Below are positions 59,201 through 64,000 of a stretch of 64,000 nt of DNA, piece by piece. The notes under the pieces were generated by a model, which had not been told where the DNA came from, did not search any database, and saw nothing but the letters and a program-made list of their open reading frames with translations. Within the stretch, counting starts at the first letter, position 1. Each line of letters starts with the position of its first letter. This stretch comes from Candidatus Hadarchaeota archaeon (GTDB lineage Archaea; Hadarchaeota; Hadarchaeia; Hadarchaeales; Hadarchaeaceae). The translations under genes and the position numbers were made by a program. Location: positions 13,369 to 77,368 of the forward strand of contig CAZESD010000002.1 of the NCBI GenBank assembly GCA_964514945.1, read 5' to 3'.

Positions 59201-62200
59201 AGCTACGAAGTTTCCGGCGCTAGGGGTGAAGCCGCTGGTCGTGCTCCGGTAGACCTTGTACTTCGCCATGTCAGCCTCGGTGTTGTTGGCCCAGTCCAAG
59301 TCAATCTGTGATGGACTAACAGCCGTGGCAATGAGGCCCGTAGGAGCTGCTGGAGGCGTGGTGTCTGCAGTTGGCTCATTTCCGTAGATCAGGGACCCAT
59401 CCTTATAGACGGGAATGTAGGTGGTAGTTACCCAAGTATTGATAATCAGCCCTGTCCTTGACCAGTCATTGCTTGCATCCCAGTTCGTTGACCAATCGCT
59501 AAGGTAAATGCGATATCTTAGCTGTGTGCTGCTCCCGGCTGCCAGGGAGTAGGTGCCGTAATCCATCGTGTAGTAGTAGATGTAGTTGGGAGCATCGTAG
59601 GCTGTGGGGCCCGAGACAGTCACCGCACCGCTCTGATCCCAGTCTTTCGCGAAAACCAAATTCGAGGCAGAATACCCAGCCGCATAGATCTCCGTTAGAT
59701 CCATAAAGTACTTGGCTGAAATGCCACTTATCGCTGAAGTACCGTCATTAAAGATCTTCTGGTATATCCCAGTTGATTGACTAGAATCAGTTGCCAACAA
59801 AGCCTCCACATGTACCTCACCGGCAGGAGGCGTCTCAGTAGTTGCGCTCGCCTGTGCTGAGGGATCTGACTCATTGTTGCTCGTGTCCACTGCAGTCACC
59901 TTGTAGTAGTAGGTGGTACTTGCACTGAGGCCAGTGTCCGAGTAGCTGCTCACGGTCGTATTCGCCACGAAGTTTCCGGTGCCAGGGGTGAAACCGCTCG
60001 TCGTGCTCCGGTAGACGCTGTAGTGGTCCAGGTCAGCCTCGGTGTTGTTGGCCCAGTCCAAGTCAATCTGCGAGGGACCAATAGCAGTGGCAGTGAGGCC
60101 CGTAGGAGCCGCCGGAGGCGTGGTGTCTGCCGGTCCAGCAGCCATCTCTTGCATCTGCGCCACGGTCATGCCGACACCAGCCGTGTAAATGTAGCTTGTA
60201 CCTATGAAGCCGTATTCGTCTCTGAGTATTGGCCATGTGGTGGTGTAGTCAGTTGTATAACCGTCGTCGAAACTAAGCACTACGACCGCCTTTGTGCCGT
60301 CCCAAGAGATGTATGCATCTCTCATCGGCAGGACCGTTAGTTGGCCAGCGTTCTGTTTAGCAAGGAGGTAGTCACATACTGCTCTAAGCGTTGCTGGCGT
60401 GCATGCATACTGGGGAGGGCTTTCCATCACTCTGTGGGTGAATATGTTCAGCAGCGCGTTATTCGTTATTGCTTCGTCTATCCATCCCGTGGCCTCACTA
60501 ACGGCTGTTGTATTTTGTATCTCCATAGCATTCATTTGGTACCGGTCTGCCATGGGATAGGTGTTTATGTGGCTGTCCACATCCCAAGCTGCTCTGCCAG
60601 TTAGCCGATACTCCGCGACTACTGATTTGACTGTGTCGTTGTAATCTCCGTAGGGATATGCCATGTGTTCCGGTGTGTATCCAAGATTTGCTTGGAAGTA
60701 AGAGTTCACCTGCTCCAGTTGCGATTGAATTCCAGCCTCGGTCAGCTGAGTAAGGTATGGGTGGGTATGAGTGTGGCCCTCGAAATCCCAGCCTACAGTT
60801 GGTGGTGCTTCTGCCTTAGTAGTTGCGCTCGCCTCTGAAGAGGCAGACGACTCGTTCCCGAACAAGTCCACTGCAGTCACCTTGTAGTAGTACGTGGTGT
60901 TCGCGCTGAGGCCGGTGTCCGAGTAGGCGCTCACGGTCGTATTCGCCACGAAGTTTCCGGTGCCAGGGGTGAAGCCGCTGGTCGTGCTCCTGTAGACGCT
61001 GTAGTAGTCAAAGTCGACCTCGGTGTTGTTGGCCCAGTCCAGGTCGATCCGAGACATGCTCACAGCCGCGGCAATGAAGCCACTCGGAACTGCTGGAGGC
61101 GTGTTGTCCGGCGGTGGAGGGAACGCGTCTCTCAGGGTAAAGTCTACCCAGAATATTCCCATATCGTTGGGAATTGCCGCGTCTAACGCATCTCCGATGT
61201 CCTTCGGCGGATTATCCAGGTTGTCCCACCAAACCTTGTCGGCCTCGTACCCGACCTGGAACCATACGGGGTTGGGGTAGAAGAATGGGGCCCAATTATC
61301 AGCGAACTCGGCAACCATGTCAGAGAGGTTGTCAAAAATCTGGTAGTCATCGTTAAAGATTATGTCACCTCTGTAATTCGGCGGCATCCAATCCCGATAA
61401 AAGTGCTTGAGGTACAACGTATAATTGGCGCTGTGGGACTTTACTGCGCTTTCCCAGGCTTCCGCCTCAGCATCAGTAACTGGTACACCCATGTCGTTCG
61501 TCGCACTGTATTTGTACCACTCCACGTCCACGCCGAAGCCTTTTACACACGAGTGGTGTCCGTACTGGTTCAATACTAGGTCAATCAGAGTCCCCACATC
61601 TGCATCTGCTGGTTCGACCTGTAGCCATACGTCTATCCCGTGGGTATCGAAGTAGTCAAAGTATGGCTCATGAAAGTCTGTGTCCGAGAATAGTATATTC
61701 GGGTCGGTGCTAGTCCCCGGGAATTCCAGATGGCAATCGTTTGGATCCCACATGACTCCCACATTCCAGATTCCGGTTGGTTGAGAGCCGGTCCAATAAC
61801 TCGCCATTTTCTTCATGTCATTCTCCCACTCTTCTGCACTCGGGAATGGGCTTATGCCGTAAGTGGATTCTCTCACCCCAGCGTGTGTCACGCTTGGTGC
61901 TGCTGCCTCGGTAAACAACGCATACACGTAGTCGATGTTTAGCGGTTGTGAGTCCGCACTTTCGTACACGCCCCAAATTATCTTTCCGCTAGCGTCGATG
62001 TAGTTAGCAATATCGACAGTTATGGTTCTGGTAATCGTGCCATCCGCACCCGTAGCGATTGACTCGGTGGTGCCTATTTGGTCCCATTCACCGTTGACCA
62101 AATCGCGAGCCCATATGCTGAAGTTGGCCGATTCGCTCGAGAGGTATCCTTCAAAGTGAAGCTCGATACTGCCGATAGTCTCAACCGCCATCTCGGTATA

Positions 62201-63994
62201 CATTTCCAACCAGAGGAAGACCTCGTCTCCATAACCCGGGTCTGGCGTCGTCCATCGACTGCCGTCGGAGCTTGCTATCGCGGTATACTCAGAGCTCGTC
62301 GCCTCAGTCTTCGAGTTCAGGTTGCCTCCGACGGTCATCGGGAGGGCAGATGACATCGTATCGACGTCGCAATAGTAAGCGGTCATAGTTGGTGGTGCTG
62401 CTTCAGTAGTTGCGCTCGCCTGTGCTGAGGGATCTGACTCGTTGCCGCTCGTGTCCACTGCAGTCACCTTGTAGTAGTAGGTGGTACTTGCACTGAGGCC
62501 AGTGTCCGAGTAGCTGCTCACGGTCGTATTCGCCACGAAGTTTCCGGTGCCAGGAGTGAAGCCGCTAGTCGTGCTCCGGTAGACGTTGTAACTCGCCAAG
62601 TCAGTCTCGGTGTTGTTGGCCCAGTCCAGGTTAATCTGCGAGGAGCTCACAGCAGTGGCCGTGAGGCCGGTCGGAGCTGCCGGTGGCGTCGTGTCCGGCG
62701 GAGCGAACACGTCTCTCATGGTAAAGTCTACCCAGAAAAGCCCGCAATCCTGCGGAATTGCAGCGTCTATCGCATCTCCGATATCCTTCGGCGGATTAGT
62801 CAGAGTTTCCCACCAAACCTGGTCGACCGGATACCCGTACTGGAACCATACAGGGTTGGGGTAAAAGTAAGGGGCCCACTCATTTGAGAACTCGTCAACC
62901 ATGTTATATGTACCAGGTGTATCGAGGCTTTCGAACTCTTGGCTATCACTACAAAAGATTATATCACCTCTGTACGTCGGCGGCATCCGACCCAAGGTCC
63001 AGTACTTGATGAAGAGCGTATAACTGCTGCTGTGGGACTTTACTGCGCTTTCCCAGGTTTGCGCGTTAGAGTCAGTCACTGATGCACCCGTAGTCGTGTA
63101 CCACTCCACATCCACGCCGAAGCCTTTTACACAAGAGTGGTTTCCGTACTGGTTCAACACGAGGTCAATCAGAGTATCCATATCTGCATCCCCTGGTTCG
63201 ACCTGCAGCCATACGTCTATCCCGTGGGTATCGAAGTAGTCAAGGTAGCTCTCGTGACGGTCTACGGTATCGAATACTATGTTCGTGTAGGGACCCCCAG
63301 CTGGCTCTGGGAATTCTAGGCGACAAGTGCTCCCGAGTACGTCGGGAACATCCATTATTCCCACTATCCAGATTGCGGTTGGTTGAGAGCCTGACCAATA
63401 ACTCGCCATGGTATTCATGTCGTTTGTCCACTCTTCTGCACTCGGGAATGGGCTAGGAGCACCATAAGTTGAAGACCTTAATCCAGCGTGTGTCACCGGT
63501 GGTGGTACTGCTTCAGTAGTTGCGCTCGCCTGCGCTGAGGGATCAGACTCGTTGCCGCTCGTGTCCTCGGCGGTCACCTTGTAGTAGTAGGTGGTGCCAG
63601 CGCTCAGCCCGGTGTCCGAGTAATTGCTCGCTGTAGTCTCAGCCACGAAGGTTCCGATGCCGGGGGTGAAGCCGCTCGTCGTGCTCCGGTAGACGCTGTA
63701 CTTCCACAGGTCGGCCTCGGTGTTGTTGGCCCAGTCCAAGTCGATTCGCGAAGAGCTCACAGCAGTGGCCGTGAGGCCGGTCGGAGCTGCCGGAGGCGTG
63801 GTGTCTGGCGTGAGGGTGGTTGCGCTCGCCTGCGCTGAAGGATCTGACTCATTACCGCTCGTGTCCTCGGCGGTCACCTTGTAGTAGTAGGTGGTCTCGG
63901 TGCTCAGCCCGGTGTCCGAGTAATTGCTCACGGTCGTATTCGCCACGAAGTTTCCGGTGCCAGGGGTGAAGCCGCTCGTCGTGCTCCTGTACAC
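56294..63994 (-). CDS. Giant secreted multidomain protein of at least 2566 aa; its N-terminus lies beyond the window
   Basis: Repeated units: FN3 (YSVYRSTTSGFTPG...YYYKVTAVD), circularly permuted NodB-deacetylase domains (HTHTHPYL...SFDDGYTTDY), and ~300-aa glycosidase-like domains (GIDVWLQVEP...GFGVDVEWY). Confidence 0.8.
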   Translation of the reverse strand: MYRSTTSGFTPGTGNFVANTTVSNYSDTGLSTETTYYYKVTAEDTSGNESDPSAQASATTLTPDTTPPAAPTGLTATAVSSSRIDLDWANNTEADLWKYSVYRSTTSGFTPGIGTFVAETTASNYSDTGLSAGTTYYYKVTAEDTSGNESDPSAQASATTEAVPPPVTHAGLRSSTYGAPSPFPSAEEWTNDMNTMASYWSGSQPTAIWIVGIMDVPDVLGSTCRLEFPEPAGGPYTNIVFDTVDRHESYLDYFDTHGIDVWLQVEPGDADMDTLIDLVLNQYGNHSCVKGFGVDVEWYTTTGASVTDSNAQTWESAVKSHSSSYTLFIKYWTLGRMPPTYRGDIIFCSDSQEFESLDTPGTYNMVDEFSNEWAPYFYPNPVWFQYGYPVDQVWWETLTNPPKDIGDAIDAAIPQDCGLFWVDFTMRDVFAPPDTTPPAAPTGLTATAVSSSQINLDWANNTETDLASYNVYRSTTSGFTPGTGNFVANTTVSSYSDTGLSASTTYYYKVTAVDTSGNESDPSAQASATTEAAPPTMTAYYCDVDTMSSALPMTVGGNLNSKTEATSSEYTAIASSDGSRWTTPDPGYGDEVFLWLEMYTEMAVETIGSIELHFEGYLSSESANFSIWARDLVNGEWDQIGTTESIATGADGTITRTITVDIANYIDASGKIIWGVYESADSQPLNIDYVYALFTEAAAPSVTHAGVRESTYGISPFPSAEEWENDMKKMASYWTGSQPTGIWNVGVMWDPNDCHLEFPGTSTDPNILFSDTDFHEPYFDYFDTHGIDVWLQVEPADADVGTLIDLVLNQYGHHSCVKGFGVDVEWYKYSATNDMGVPVTDAEAEAWESAVKSHSANYTLYLKHFYRDWMPPNYRGDIIFNDDYQIFDNLSDMVAEFADNWAPFFYPNPVWFQVGYEADKVWWDNLDNPPKDIGDALDAAIPNDMGIFWVDFTLRDAFPPPPDNTPPAVPSGFIAAAVSMSRIDLDWANNTEVDFDYYSVYRSTTSGFTPGTGNFVANTTVSAYSDTGLSANTTYYYKVTAVDLFGNESSASSEASATTKAEAPPTVGWDFEGHTHTHPYLTQLTEAGIQSQLEQVNSYFQANLGYTPEHMAYPYGDYNDTVKSVVAEYRLTGRAAWDVDSHINTYPMADRYQMNAMEIQNTTAVSEATGWIDEAITNNALLNIFTHRVMESPPQYACTPATLRAVCDYLLAKQNAGQLTVLPMRDAYISWDGTKAVVVLSFDDGYTTDYTTTWPILRDEYGFIGTSYIYTAGVGMTVAQMQEMAAGPADTTPPAAPTGLTATAIGPSQIDLDWANNTEADLDHYSVYRSTTSGFTPGTGNFVANTTVSSYSDTGLSASTTYYYKVTAVDTSNNESDPSAQASATTETPPAGEVHVEALLATDSSQSTGIYQKIFNDGTSAISGISAKYFMDLTEIYAAGYSASNLVFAKDWDQSGAVTVSGPTAYDAPNYIYYYTMDYGTYSLAAGSSTQLRYRIYLSDWSTNWDASNDWSRTGLIINTWVTTTYIPVYKDGSLIYGNEPTADTTPPAAPTGLIATAVSPSQIDLDWANNTEADMAKYKVYRSTTSGFTPSAGNFVAETTVSNYSDTGLSASTTYYYKVTAVDTSGNESSPSAQASATTEAPDATPPAAPTGLTATAASSSQINLDWANNTEADLAKYSVYRSTTSGFTPGTGTFVADTTVSNYSDTGLSASTTYYYKVTAVDTSNNESSPSAQASATTQAAPPVGGWDFECHSYTHPYLTQMTEAQIQSELQQVNDAFAAHGLPAPQHHAYPYGEYNATVESVVAQYRLTGRAAWAVTGAINTYPMADWYAMNAVEIQSSTAVSTITGYIDQAITNDALLNIFTHRVMESPPQYACTPATLRAVCDYLLDKQNAGQLQVLPMRDAYTSWNGTKAVVALGFDDGYTTDYTTTWGILKNEYGFVGTSYLYPNAQDGNFADSLTWAQIQEMAGPAEPPAAPTGLTATAVSSSQIDLDWANNTETDLDHYSVYRSTTSGFTPGAGNFVDNTTENAYSDTGLSASTTYYYKVTAVDTSQNESDPSAEASATTEVALDELRTTYTTTSEDNASFTGKITLENPNNSYVWNGTYFAIRSAEFETTSQITSMKCSDGSSLGYTVEGDVVTLDLSWQSLFPYGTSVEIEIEATKSGSKVYPQQFKTHYVRGENITYPEYQGLPPSWAPQKPDLSAEDLIFNQAEYYNPNLPPIQDKLIMYDPPSDTQIQIGLAPNIDYPVNGATDVRAWIPTKYMAMGLGFVLEELNINPNYLAALGSKEDWAACVTKDPSVTQGIIVVIDGEEWVWPIQIDHPDGPYQVESGNFNDMVSFFPDYFPPSASHDNYTKVSDDMSDPNWISSAIVAGISLTVSREMLNAVPEAEYTEFMANAKDEWAEFVILTFAYNRGMGSLEAKKLFSTNREQALNSTDICENFDMGGFASHVPTVRAITDAMNNETTDIYDAEITWTDIENFLAELRTFFANGVPSDAEWNAMREDMHGAYDVLAQHWGGTHISLRYDFLTLIRVLKKYRPQPYHPRPTGEDWYYRVQNLNP

Positions 63995-64000
63995 GCTGTA

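Noticed and set aside
57974-63431. ORFs antisense or out of frame within the giant gene, and likewise within herA, nurA and the MmeI-like gene
   Set aside because: Each is embedded in a long, motif-supported ORF on the other strand or in another frame, which is typical of spurious ORFs inside GC-moderate coding sequence.

Overview
Archaeal-looking chromosome segment (operon-dense, short overlaps, GTG starts), probably a euryarchaeon or methanogen. The main result is that a host gene for a FlaI/TadA-like type IV pilus/secretion ATPase is split into an N-terminal fragment (227..1405, +) and a C-terminal ATPase-domain fragment (~27169..28242, +). The two fragments are separated by ~25.8 kb. When the flanks are joined, the reading frame is restored with no gap. 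The same 10-bp direct repeat, TTACCCGGCG, sits at both junctions (1387..1396 and 27183..27192). An intact tyrosine-recombinase gene (25738..27168) ends 15 bp before the right repeat. I therefore read 1397..27182 as a composite integrated mobile element with mosaic GC content. Its cargo is: a HerA-like ATPase plus NurA-like nuclease operon with two extra upstream genes; an MmeI-family type IIG restriction-modification enzyme; an alkaline-phosphatase-superfamily protein; three tyrosine recombinases, one of them truncated; several RHH and wHTH regulators; and five full or partial copies of a small membrane-protein gene. The partial copies look like att-site remnants of nested insertions. The host remainder, to the right of the element, contains: a TadC/FlaJ-like membrane platform protein, an ArsR-like regulator, glnA, two clusters of pilin-like genes, an SAM-dependent methyltransferase, RFC large subunit, mre11-rad50, an HTH regulator preceded by four irregularly spaced 21-nt direct repeats, sppA, an ABC ATPase, a 1108-aa glycoside-hydrolase-like protein, a phosphoglucosamine/phosphomannomutase-family enzyme, a parallel beta-helix surface protein, and a giant secreted protein of at least 2566 aa built from repeated FN3 domains, circularly permuted NodB-deacetylase domains and glycosidase-like domains. 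All calls come from reading motifs in the supplied translations and the DNA; no database search was run.
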